Sequence record: MZ475892.1
Strand: one strand, 5' to 3'
Length of the DNA stretch: 64,000 nt
Part shown: in pieces, positions 36,007 to 44,691 of the stretch
How the letters are laid out: every line of letters starts with the position of its first letter
Numbering within the stretch: the stretch's first letter is position 1
Made by a program: the position numbers and the translations under genes
Notes under the pieces: generated by a model
What the model was told of the DNA's origin: nothing
The model's database searches: none
What the model saw: the letters and a program-made list of their open reading frames with translations, nothing else

Positions 36007-37295
36007 TACTTGACCGACTGTTTAAGCAGACGCTTCTGTTGAGGACTCAGACCCATAACGTCGGAGATTTGATCAATCTTCGCCAGAGTCAGAACGCCTT
36101 TAGCAGTACCGCTAGAACCAGTCAGGCTGATCTTAACGAACTCACGTCCTTCACGACCTGTGACCAGCTGGTGGATAAGAGTGTTCTTACCGCTACGGCC
36201 TGCACGCAATGCGCTGCTCGCCATGCCCAGAATTTCGGTAACAGCTTCGCGCTTCTCAGAAGGAGACAGGCCAGGAACGAGACGCACATAAAGGCTGTCG
36301 TTCTGCACACGCACGGAGTCGAAGATTTCTTTCTTGCGACCACGAACGGTATGCTGGCGTTGACCCAACTGAGTCATGTTACGCAGGTCATCAGTCGAAC
36401 GATTGATAGGCTTACGTTCGCTGTAGTTCAGGAATCCATCCAGAGCCATCAGCTGGTTGATAGCACGCTTCATTTCAGGAGCGGTTTCAATCAGACGGCC
36501 CAGCGGGAATGAGTTAGGAACTTTCTCATCCACCAGCGAGGTGATGTAGTTTTCACTCAGACCAGTAGCCACTGCAATCTTGGTAGAGACTACGATAGCA
36601 TAGGTCGGATAGTGCAGGCCATCAGAGTTCACGAAGTTATCGATGAACACATAGGTCTGGAAGATGATTGGGTCAGTACCCTGCGCGATGAAAGTACGTG
36701 TACGAATCTTAGAGTAATCTTCTTTACTCAGAATCTTCGACAGATAGTTAGCGATGGTAGCAGCCAACTTGGTGTGTTCTTTCGGTGCGCCGTTCTTAAC
36801 GTCAATGCTCATCAAACGCACCAGCTGGGTTTGCTGGTCTTTCGCCTGATTGATAACACTAAGCAGTGACTTGGAAGCGCCTGTCTGATCTTTGAAGGCA
36901 CTGAACGTTTTGCTATTCAGAATCTGATAAGCAACGGACAACTCGCCGATAGCCTGAGACAACTGACTGACCTGAGCGTTATATTTAGCTTTGTTCTGGA
37001 CGTCAGAAATATCAATCTTCGACAAGTCGATCACTTGGTTCAGATCGATTGACTTGGCCTGTTTACCTTTGATTGAGCCTTCCAGATCAGAAAGTTCAAT
37101 CGCTTTAGGGCTGGCGCTAACAGACAGCAGCTTCTTAGGAATGGTTACAGAAGTAGCAAGAGAGATAACGTTTTCAAGTACCTTCTTGAACTCTTTAGCA
37201 GTACGTGCATTACGCAACGCCACCATGTTCCCAGAGCCGTAATCAACGGATGCGCTGATGCTGCTAACTTCATTGTTTTTGGCAGTCTTAGCCAT
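36006..37295 (-). CDS. Putative virion/head protein
   Basis: Start moved to ATG 37295 (GAGGA RBS), MAKTAKNNEVSSISAS; late motif upstream. Confidence 0.6.
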   Translation of the reverse strand: MAKTAKNNEVSSISASVDYGSGNMVALRNARTAKEFKKVLENVISLATSVTIPKKLLSVSASPKAIELSDLEGSIKGKQAKSIDLNQVIDLSKIDISDVQNKAKYNAQVSQLSQAIGELSVAYQILNSKTFSAFKDQTGASKSLLSVINQAKDQQTQLVRLMSIDVKNGAPKEHTKLAATIANYLSKILSKEDYSKIRTRTFIAQGTDPIIFQTYVFIDNFVNSDGLHYPTYAIVVSTKIAVATGLSENYITSLVDEKVPNSFPLGRLIETAPEMKRAINQLMALDGFLNYSERKPINRSTDDLRNMTQLGQRQHTVRGRKKEIFDSVRVQNDSLYVRLVPGLSPSEKREAVTEILGMASSALRAGRSGKNTLIHQLVTGREGREFVKISLTGSSGTAKGVLTLAKIDQISDVMGLSPQQKRLLKQSVK

Positions 37296-37332
37296 GATTA
37301 TCCTCGGCTGGGGCAATTGTTCGAATCGAGTA

Positions 37333-37340
37333 AAAATTAG
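37333..37340 (-). promoter_or_regulatory. Putative late-class promoter motif CTAATTTT
   Basis: 38 bp upstream of ATG 37295, intergenic. Confidence 0.55.
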
Positions 37341-37408
37341 CGACAAGGAGCTGTTTATTTCTGATCTTAGCGCAGGAAGACTTTACAAATTTTTTGACTG
37401 AGAATGAC

Positions 37409-37436
37409 AAAAGGGCCACCCGAAGGCAGCCCTTTT
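37409..37436 (-). terminator. Intrinsic terminator (possibly bidirectional)
   Basis: AAAAGGGCTGCC-TTCG-GGTGGCCCTTTT, with T tracts on both strands. Confidence 0.8.
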
Positions 37437-37468
37437 GTTTTCGCATCTGTGTAGCTGACCGAAGTCAA

Positions 37469-38134
37469 TTAAACAGTTACTTTACCTTTTGCTTTGGTCT
37501 TGGCAGCTTTCTTAGCGCCAGTCTTCTGAGCAGCGGTACCTTTGTGGTGAACAGCTTTAGCAGTAGTCTGCTTGCCACCTTTCAGACGCGGTAACGGCTT
37601 AAGGGTAGGCTTCTTCAGGGTAACTGCCTTCGGCGCCACTTTCGGAGTCACGATCTTACCGGCCTTGATGGTCGGCTTGTTCGCTTTACGCGCGGCCAGA
37701 CGAGCTTTCTGTTTCGCGATCAGGTTGCTGTAACCAGCTTTCTGTTTCGCGGCCAGGTTGCTACGTGCAACTTTCTGACGGGCCAGCAGCAGTTTACGCA
37801 CACGGCTCTGAGAAGCTTGGGTAGCTTTCAGACCTTTGGCGTATTTAGCCTGGCGCTCTTTCAGACGCTGCTCAATGCTTTTGCCTTTGGCGCGAGCTTT
37901 GGTTTTACGCAGGTGGGTAGCACGTTCACCATCGAACTTTTTCTCAGCAGCGGTTTTCTTCGCAGCAGGCTTTTTAGCCGCAGCTTTTTTCGCTGTTGGA
38001 GTTTTGGTGCCAGCAGTTTTAGGCTTACGTGCAGTGGTTTTCTTCGCAGCAGGTTTTTTAGCAGCGGTTTTCTTGGCTTTAGATCCACCTTTAACCGGGT
38101 CGGTAGGTGAAGTCAGTTTGCGTTTTACGGCCAT
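37469..38134 (-). CDS. Histone H1-like (Hc2/AlgP-type) basic DNA-binding protein
   Basis: 221 aa dominated by K/A/T/P; repeats KKPAAKKT, AKKAAAKKPAAKK; almost no acidic residues. Confidence 0.75.
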   Translation of the reverse strand: MAVKRKLTSPTDPVKGGSKAKKTAAKKPAAKKTTARKPKTAGTKTPTAKKAAAKKPAAKKTAAEKKFDGERATHLRKTKARAKGKSIEQRLKERQAKYAKGLKATQASQSRVRKLLLARQKVARSNLAAKQKAGYSNLIAKQKARLAARKANKPTIKAGKIVTPKVAPKAVTLKKPTLKPLPRLKGGKQTTAKAVHHKGTAAQKTGAKKAAKTKAKGKVTV

Positions 38135-38199
38135 GATTATATCCTCAAGTTACAATGAAACTTCGTCCTATGGACATTAAGTTTTGAAATCAGCAAGTA

Positions 38200-38207
38200 A
38201 AAATTAG
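38200..38207 (-). promoter_or_regulatory. Putative late-class promoter motif CTAATTTT
   Basis: 66 bp upstream of the H1-like ATG, intergenic. Confidence 0.5.
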
Positions 38208-38249
38208 TATAATCCCCGTAGGAATAAACAGGAAATTTCCTAAACATTT

Positions 38250-39329
38250 TTACTGTACTGTATATCCGATTTCAGACAACACCGCGTCCAATTCTTTCCG
38301 TGCTCGCACACGCAAAGACTTTTTAATTCCCGATGCCTTAAGGTAATCCTTTAGGCCATCACGTGGGTCGATATCCGCAAGCGCCAACTCACTAACATCA
38401 ACTGTATCTATATTATCGAGATCGACACGTTTATTCGTGGAATTTATTTGGGAAATGTTAGGCACGCGTGTGCGTATGTCTGCTGGGATAGAGACTTCTT
38501 CTTTCACTATAACTCGATAACGAATAGCAGAGTTGGCTTCGAGACGCGACCAATCCTTTTGAGTTTCAATCAATACTGTTTCCAGTCTAAAGCCAGGCTT
38601 GCTATCAACAAACTTCTGCTTGACCACCAGCTCTTTGTTCTTGTACTGCGCCTTGAAGTGAATGAAACCTTTAGGCAGAGACTCGCCGAATGTCTTTTGA
38701 TACGGTGCACCACAGTACGTGAAACGTTTCTTCTCCAGCACTTGATGCAAATGAATGTGGCCACTGATCGTGTAATCGCGTGGGTCAACTTTAATGTCGT
38801 GCTTAGCTTTGAGAGGACGACCGTTATCACCCAGAGCACCAACAGCTTCAACGTGACAGAAGTTAAGACATGGCTTCTTGTGCTTGATGCTCTCCTTTGC
38901 AGGGTGCGGCAGGAAGTTAACAACGATGCCGTCAATCTCAACCTGTTCTGGTCTGAGGTAGATGTGCAGCGACTTGAGGAACGACCACTCACAGAATGTC
39001 TTGATCAAGTCCATGCTGGTGGTTGTCATATCCGCCCAGTCATGGTTGCCGCCACAGTAATGACTTTCAATGATACCGTCATACTTGATGAAGTGCTGCA
39101 TCAGTCTGCGCTTCGTCTCATCGTCCATGCGGAACTTATCAGTAATGTCGCCTGGGATAAAGATGTGTTTGATGCCGTGCTCAAGGGCATACTGGTAGAT
39201 GCGATCAATTGTTTCGAGTTGACGGTCAACGTGATCTTGTGGGAAGTGATTCGATAAACCTTCCAAGTGCCAGTCAGCGGTTGCAAGTGCTTCAAGGAAC
39301 GCAGTGGCGATCTTACTCTTTTTCATCAT
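38250..39329 (-). CDS. sbcD: SbcD/Mre11-like metallophosphoesterase nuclease
   Basis: ADWH, PGDITD, GGNHD, FCH and SGHIH motifs; SbcC-like partner at 46687..49008. Confidence 0.9.
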   Translation of the reverse strand: MMKKSKIATAFLEALATADWHLEGLSNHFPQDHVDRQLETIDRIYQYALEHGIKHIFIPGDITDKFRMDDETKRRLMQHFIKYDGIIESHYCGGNHDWADMTTTSMDLIKTFCEWSFLKSLHIYLRPEQVEIDGIVVNFLPHPAKESIKHKKPCLNFCHVEAVGALGDNGRPLKAKHDIKVDPRDYTISGHIHLHQVLEKKRFTYCGAPYQKTFGESLPKGFIHFKAQYKNKELVVKQKFVDSKPGFRLETVLIETQKDWSRLEANSAIRYRVIVKEEVSIPADIRTRVPNISQINSTNKRVDLDNIDTVDVSELALADIDPRDGLKDYLKASGIKKSLRVRARKELDAVLSEIGYTVQ

Positions 39330-39355
39330 TCTGTTCCATACGTTTTAGTGTAAGC

Positions 39356-39365
39356 TATTTACAGA
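39356..39365 (-). promoter_or_regulatory. Putative replication-class promoter motif TCTGTAAATA
   Basis: 27 bp upstream of sbcD, directly after a hairpin. Confidence 0.55.
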
Positions 39366-39450
39366 ATAAAGGGAAGCCGAAGCCGCCCAATGTTGGTCAG
39401 ATGATAAAAATTATTGTACAAATAGAAAACGCCCCGTTAGGAGCGTTTGC

Positions 39451-40221
39451 CTATAGATCAGTATAGGAGCGAGTGAAATACGACTGTACCATAGGACGAG
39501 TACCTGCAATCAAGTTTTGACCGAAGAATATATCGTCAGCACTAAATCGAAACAGTCGATTGTTAAACACGCATTCATACTTGAAGGGATTTCGTGGCGT
39601 ATCGTTTTCTGTCGTGTCCAAATACAGAATCATGTCGGAATCATCATAGCTGGTGTAGCTGTATGATGAGGCATTGATAGTCATAGACTCACAGCGAATG
39701 TAGCGGAAGGTGGGCGGGTTATCCACGAAGTTATAGGTGTCTAGTTCGACCTTACCTACTCGCGCAACACGAAAACTATTATTGGCATCCGTTACCATCA
39801 ATGCGCTAATAGTCAGAGAAGGCGACTGGGCTCCTGTACGAACATGAGTGCGCCCGTAAAACATCCGACTGCGTAACGTTGTGTCGTTAGAAAAGAAAAT
39901 TGTATTGCACGGAGTCCATGCAAGCGCAGTCACCTCTTGACCTAGAGAACAACCTCCAGCCAGAGTAGTGCCCGTGTGGATGTTGCTTGCGTTAGGCGTA
40001 GCAGTGTATGCCCACTTTAGGTTTGACGCATATCGTTTGGCCGAAGCCACACCACTAACAGTATTAGCCTGACCATTTATACCAAGCGTGAACAGCGATT
40101 TGTTCACGACGTCTAACGGCGAAGCCGCGTTGTCAAGCAGTGAGGTCTGATCGTCAAACGCAAACACTTGAGGACACAGCTTGTCGAATACACCGTAATT
40201 GGTTAGATGATATTGCATCAT
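39451..40221 (-). CDS. Hypothetical beta-rich protein (possible fibre/receptor-binding-like)
   Basis: 256 aa, S/T/N-rich; weak terminal similarity to 40734..41558. Confidence 0.55.
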   Translation of the reverse strand: MMQYHLTNYGVFDKLCPQVFAFDDQTSLLDNAASPLDVVNKSLFTLGINGQANTVSGVASAKRYASNLKWAYTATPNASNIHTGTTLAGGCSLGQEVTALAWTPCNTIFFSNDTTLRSRMFYGRTHVRTGAQSPSLTISALMVTDANNSFRVARVGKVELDTYNFVDNPPTFRYIRCESMTINASSYSYTSYDDSDMILYLDTTENDTPRNPFKYECVFNNRLFRFSADDIFFGQNLIAGTRPMVQSYFTRSYTDL

Positions 40222-40724
40222 GACCTCTCTTTAAATCTCAGCCAGTCATTCCACCAGTAATCAACAGGAATGGATTTGCGTAGAGCATAGTCAATACAGT
40301 TCTGAGTTCCTGAAGGAGCACCACAGCACAATGATGCAAGTCTGTCCGTGTTATCTACCATGAAGTGATTGCGCTTGTTCAACGCGAACCCTACATTGCC
40401 GTCCATGTGAAGCACGTCTTCTTTCGAACTGACTATGTGGACTTCGTGGCTTTTGTTCAGCAGCACATCGAGATCCCAAACGCTCTCAGTAGGCCAGCGT
40501 TCGTTGAAGCCCAAATAAGGAATGCAAGACACGATGCGGTGACCCTGAGCAAGACCGGCAGCAGCGACAGCTTGGTCGAAGCCTAACGCACAGCCTACCC
40601 AAAGTTCCACATCTGTGTCTATCTTTAACAACTGACGGTGGGCGAACTTATAGAGGCGTTGCTTTGCCTCAGAACCGTACCCACCTAAATACTGTGGACG
40701 GTGACCAGTGAATGAAAGTTTCAT
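40218..40724 (-). CDS. YspA-like SLOG-superfamily protein (DUF1273-like)
   Basis: SFTGHRP, GCALGFDQ, IPY, RNHFMVDNTD and SGTQNCIDYA motifs. Confidence 0.82.
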   Translation of the reverse strand: MKLSFTGHRPQYLGGYGSEAKQRLYKFAHRQLLKIDTDVELWVGCALGFDQAVAAAGLAQGHRIVSCIPYLGFNERWPTESVWDLDVLLNKSHEVHIVSSKEDVLHMDGNVGFALNKRNHFMVDNTDRLASLCCGAPSGTQNCIDYALRKSIPVDYWWNDWLRFKERS

Positions 40725-40733
40725 GATCACTAT

Positions 40734-41558
40734 TTACAGTTGTATGGTAGCCCTACTGCGTATCGAAAGAGAAGGCTTAGTGCCAGGCGCAACAGGCAAA
40801 TTGATTTGATCGCTTACTACCAGTTCGTCTTTGAGTTTGACGATCACTCGCAGTGCGGGAGAGTACATGATACCTAAGTCCAGTATAGGCTTCTCGTCCG
40901 CAGGCACGAAATTGCCTGTTAGCCAAGAGATGCAGTTAGAGCTTATGAGCGCTGCTCGTCCGCCATAGCCAGGACGTTCGTGTCCGTAAGAGGCTTGGCC
41001 TCGCATGATAAGCAACTCAGGCAGAGCCGGACCAAAGGAATATTTGGGATTGTCGTAGCGGTAGGTTTCGTACGAGGCAGTGTTACCCAGCGTGTATATG
41101 TCTGTGCCTGTATTCGTGTTCATGCGAGCAACGTATGTATAGGAGTAACCTCCTCCGTACGCACCGTAACAACCAAACAGCGGCATAGACATTGCAACTG
41201 TTGCATCACGAGCAACTTCTGGAAAAACAGCAGCGAGGGAATTTGATGCGCTGTGTGCTACACCCATAATAGTATCTGCACCGACGTTATACGAACCTAT
41301 CACAGGATTCGTTATCATGTCACTGAATTTTGTTCGGCGGGTATTGAACATGAAATTGGTCATATAGTATTTGTCGCCAAGTTGGCCTACAACACCATTG
41401 ACGAATGTTTTGCCTGCAATGCCGCGCGCTTTAGGCGTCAGTGCAACTATCTGATCAGGTGACTCTATCTCATCGATGTTGATTGCATCGCGTGAGTCAA
41501 ACATTACCAGCTCACCAAATTGTTCGAATGTAGTATTTGCTTGCGCTAGATATAGCAT
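40734..41558 (-). CDS. Hypothetical protein (possible fibre/receptor-binding-like)
   Basis: 274 aa, G/Y-rich; AAGGA RBS. Confidence 0.55.
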   Translation of the reverse strand: MLYLAQANTTFEQFGELVMFDSRDAINIDEIESPDQIVALTPKARGIAGKTFVNGVVGQLGDKYYMTNFMFNTRRTKFSDMITNPVIGSYNVGADTIMGVAHSASNSLAAVFPEVARDATVAMSMPLFGCYGAYGGGYSYTYVARMNTNTGTDIYTLGNTASYETYRYDNPKYSFGPALPELLIMRGQASYGHERPGYGGRAALISSNCISWLTGNFVPADEKPILDLGIMYSPALRVIVKLKDELVVSDQINLPVAPGTKPSLSIRSRATIQL

Positions 41559-41658
41559 ACAAAATTCCTTAGAGGCAGGTCAGAGCAAACGTGGAACGCT
41601 TACTTGCTGAACTTTGGAGGGAGTTAGGCACAGAGCACTTCCATGTGCTCACCTACTG

Positions 41659-42024
41659 TTACGCGATGACTGTGATCTCGTGGTCTTTAGACGCCCACAC
41701 TTTCTCACGGATGTTACGAGGCATAACGATGCAACCGTTCGATGCTGTGCCTGGTGCTTTGATGCTATCGCCATGCATCTGGAAAGACGCACGACCAAAC
41801 ATCTCATTATCCTTGTGCGGCACTAAGTCCATAATGTACGGACCAGTCTTCTGACTAGTGCGCGGAGCACTGCACGTATAAATACCCTGAGGCAGTGGGC
41901 CTTCGTTCTTGACTGACTGCGACTGAGGGTCATTCTTGTGGGCACCCAGACCAGCATAGCCACGAGCCACCAGCTGGTGGTTGGCGTCAAACAGTTCGCC
42001 TGTACTTTGTTTATAAGTCCACAT
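41659..42024 (-). CDS. Tlde1/DUF2778-like L,D-transpeptidase-fold peptidoglycan enzyme
   Basis: Start moved to ATG 42024 (AGGAG RBS); GPLPQGIY, RASFQMHG and ASNGCI (H...SxGC catalytic pattern). Confidence 0.8.
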   Translation of the reverse strand: MWTYKQSTGELFDANHQLVARGYAGLGAHKNDPQSQSVKNEGPLPQGIYTCSAPRTSQKTGPYIMDLVPHKDNEMFGRASFQMHGDSIKAPGTASNGCIVMPRNIREKVWASKDHEITVIA

Positions 42025-42046
42025 ATGATTCTCCTGAGAAATGAGA

Positions 42047-42066
42047 AAGCCCCAATTAAGGGGCTT
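42047..42066 (-). terminator. Intrinsic terminator
   Basis: AAGCCCC-TTAATT-GGGGCTT-TCT. Confidence 0.65.
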
Positions 42067-42070
42067 AGGT

Positions 42071-43066
42071 TTATTTACGTTTGGCTTTCTTAGCCACACC
42101 GTACTCTGGGTTCTTGTCAGAGATATTGTACTGACGGCCACCAGCTTCCTGGATCATGTCAGGCAGTTCATCCAGTCCAGTTTTCTCGGCGTGAGCACCT
42201 GTGAACTGGTAAGTCTTACCATCTTTAGCCATGATCTCAATTGAACCATTCTTACCGATAGAATAATTCATGTGCTTGAGGTCAGACTTACGGAAGCCAG
42301 GGATTTCTTTCTTGGCGTTGGCCAGCATAGTTTTTTCTTCTGCTTCCCACTGCTTGCGCATTTGTGCCAAACGCTTCGCACCGCCTGGTTTCATTTTCTT
42401 CATTGCACCAGGACGAACTTGTTTCTGTGCAGGCTTCTTCCTTAGCATCGGTTTAGTAGCTGCATCTACTTCATCCATGGACAGAACGCGGCCTTTAGCC
42501 GGCGCTTTCTTAGCTGCTTTGGTGATAGTCTTGCTGCCCAGCGCATCGAACTTGGCAGAAGCCAGGAACTTAGGCTTGAACTGACCACGCTTACCAGTAA
42601 CACCGAACTCGTTCAGTTTGGCAGTGCGCAGCGCAGCTAACACCTTAGGTGCTTTTTCAGTGATGCCCTGAAGAGAAGTTGAGGTCAGGCCCATCTTCAA
42701 GCCAGACAGTCCGTGCTTACGTGCATAAGACGCAGACTCTTTCAGATGCAACTTGGCTTCTTTCAGTGCAGCGCTGCCCTTAGCTTTATAGTCAGCAGCT
42801 TTGGCAGAAGCGCGAGACTTTGCATCACCGGTCAGCGTTTTGACTTTAGCGCGGGCCTTGCTCCACGCATCGATGTTACGCGCAGCACTAACGCCAGCAG
42901 TCTTAGCTTTCTTCAAATGACCAAGGATGGTCGTCAGTTCTGCTTTCTTCTCTGAGTTAATAACCAGAGTAGCAACGCCATTCACCTTAGCGATTTTGTA
43001 GCTAGGCTTTTTAGCAGCAGACTCCGACACAGCGTGATCTGCAAGATTGATTTTAATGAGTGACAT
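42071..43066 (-). CDS. Lys/Ala-rich basic putative internal head protein (paralogue of 43077..44078)
   Basis: MSLIKINLADHAVSESAAKKPSY; N-terminal half aligns with its neighbour. Confidence 0.6.
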   Translation of the reverse strand: MSLIKINLADHAVSESAAKKPSYKIAKVNGVATLVINSEKKAELTTILGHLKKAKTAGVSAARNIDAWSKARAKVKTLTGDAKSRASAKAADYKAKGSAALKEAKLHLKESASYARKHGLSGLKMGLTSTSLQGITEKAPKVLAALRTAKLNEFGVTGKRGQFKPKFLASAKFDALGSKTITKAAKKAPAKGRVLSMDEVDAATKPMLRKKPAQKQVRPGAMKKMKPGGAKRLAQMRKQWEAEEKTMLANAKKEIPGFRKSDLKHMNYSIGKNGSIEIMAKDGKTYQFTGAHAEKTGLDELPDMIQEAGGRQYNISDKNPEYGVAKKAKRK

Positions 43067-43076
43067 AGAGATGACC

Positions 43077-44078
43077 TTATGCGTTGTATTGAGTCAATGG
43101 CCGTGGCTTACGTTTAGGCAAACGTTTTGTTTTTATACCAGCAGCTTTATCTGAGGCGCGTTTATCTTCGCGTGCAGAGACGCCAACTGTTTGTGACAGG
43201 TAGCTGGTCAATGAAGCCTTAGACAAGGTTTCTTTGCGCTTGCCTGAGTCAACAACATATGAATTGCCCGAAGCGTGTGTGATCTTGAGCTTGAGCTTAC
43301 CATTGTCATAATGGATGTTGCCGTCAGCATCACCGTACAGTTTGGCAGACGCAGCTTTTTCCTGATACTTCTCCAGCTTGCCGATAACGCTACGCAGAGC
43401 GCTACTGCTTTTGTAGATATTGTTCAGGTGCTTCTTACCTTCGTCCACTTTAGGCGCGGCAGCTTTCTTCGTCACAGGCTTTGTAACTAAACGCTTGGTA
43501 GTTTTCACAGCAGGTGCTTTACCCGAAGCTGCGATCTTCTCACCAATCTTATCGAACTTATCACCAGTAGCATATCGAGGCTTCAAAGGTACTGTGCGAT
43601 GTGCACCGTCTTTTGCACGGAAGCTATCAGGCTTCGCTTTACTGATCTTGCCTAACGTATAGGTCGGGTCAGTTTGTGTGATATAGGACGCTTTGATGGA
43701 CAGGTCGAGCGCACTCAATCCAGCTTTCTTCAAAAGGTCAGCAGCAGCTTTAGCAAGTGCTTTGGCTTCTGTTACACCGTGCTTGATAGCTGCTTTGTTA
43801 TCACTAATCTTTTCACGAATAGGCGCTTTCTTTGCAGGGGTCTGAGCCTGACTTAGCTTGAGTTTCAATTTCTCAGTAGCAACACCAAGCTTTGCCGCAG
43901 ACACACCGAGAGTTTTGGCCTTCTTGAGATTAGCAACGGCCTTCGTAACAGCGGACTTGTGTTTGCTGTCAATTACGAGGGCCTGTGCACCGCCGATAGG
44001 AACGAGATGATAAGCTGGCTTAGCTTTGGCCGATTCAGATACTGCAAACTCCGCCAAATTGATTTTGATAAGTGACAT
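43077..44078 (-). CDS. Lys/Ala-rich basic putative internal head protein (paralogue of 42071..43066)
   Basis: MSLIKINLAEFAVSESAKAKPAY; shared LKKAKT.GVSAA and KP.(F/Y)....KFD.(I/L)G blocks. Confidence 0.6.
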   Translation of the reverse strand: MSLIKINLAEFAVSESAKAKPAYHLVPIGGAQALVIDSKHKSAVTKAVANLKKAKTLGVSAAKLGVATEKLKLKLSQAQTPAKKAPIREKISDNKAAIKHGVTEAKALAKAAADLLKKAGLSALDLSIKASYITQTDPTYTLGKISKAKPDSFRAKDGAHRTVPLKPRYATGDKFDKIGEKIAASGKAPAVKTTKRLVTKPVTKKAAAPKVDEGKKHLNNIYKSSSALRSVIGKLEKYQEKAASAKLYGDADGNIHYDNGKLKLKITHASGNSYVVDSGKRKETLSKASLTSYLSQTVGVSAREDKRASDKAAGIKTKRLPKRKPRPLTQYNA

Positions 44079-44087
44079 AGCTGTTCC

Positions 44088-44684
44088 TTAGACTCTGCCG
44101 GTCATAGTAAATTCTTTGCCCGCAGAGTAATCTCCTAAGGCCGCATAAAGAGAATCACGCAACATCTTCTGAATGATATCCGAGTTATACGCGGACGCGT
44201 CGCGGAAAGCGACTTCAACAGTTTCAGTGCGTGGGTTGATCACAGCATAACGCAAAGGTGCAATCTCCTGAGCGTCACACCACAGATCGACAACGTGCTG
44301 TAGTCCAGGCGTGATCTGAATTTTGAAATCAGACAGCAAGAACACAGCACTTTGAATCGGAGGCGGAGCAGACTGAGAGACAACAGCATTGTCTCCAAGT
44401 TTCTCCATAGCCATAGATGCATTGTACACTGAGGAGAATTTCGTTCTCAGTGCAGAAGTCTGTACTACCTTATAGCTATTCGATGAAATGCCTTGACGAC
44501 GCAGCTTGGCGATACGCACAACGTAATCACCAGAATCGTCTGAGGCAAATGCAACGTAAGCGTAGCTCACGAAGCCAGGCTCCTCACTAAGCAGCTTGTG
44601 GTCGAGGGCACGAACACCCAAGACAGCACTAAGTGCCTGTAGGCCCATCTGAACTTCGCGGGACAGAGACACGTACATTTCCAT
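44088..44684 (-). CDS. Hypothetical protein with the shared leader MEMYVSLS
   Basis: 198 aa; between endolysin and the basic paralogues. Confidence 0.6.
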   Translation of the reverse strand: MEMYVSLSREVQMGLQALSAVLGVRALDHKLLSEEPGFVSYAYVAFASDDSGDYVVRIAKLRRQGISSNSYKVVQTSALRTKFSSVYNASMAMEKLGDNAVVSQSAPPPIQSAVFLLSDFKIQITPGLQHVVDLWCDAQEIAPLRYAVINPRTETVEVAFRDASAYNSDIIQKMLRDSLYAALGDYSAGKEFTMTGRV

Positions 44685-44691
44685 TAGCGAA

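Noticed and set aside
37960-38070. Direct DNA repeats (gcagcggttttctt, gcaggttttttagc) that could look like a short array
   Set aside because: They simply encode the PAAKK/TAAKK peptide repeats of the H1-like protein; no spacers, so not CRISPR
38208-38240. Plus-strand TATAAT and the perfect palindrome GGAAATTTCC
   Set aside because: Single occurrence in an AT-rich gap, no -35 element and no plus-strand gene downstream; TATAAT abuts the minus-strand late motif
38448-39257. 269-aa plus-strand ORF antisense to sbcD, and similar antisense ORFs at 54921..55613, 49875..50591 and 59994..60686
   Set aside because: They overlap well-supported minus-strand genes and have no recognisable motifs or RBS
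41633-41650. Hairpin GAGCAC-TTCCAT-GTGCTC after the Tlde1-like gene
   Set aside because: No U tract on either strand; insufficient evidence for a terminator or an RNA gene
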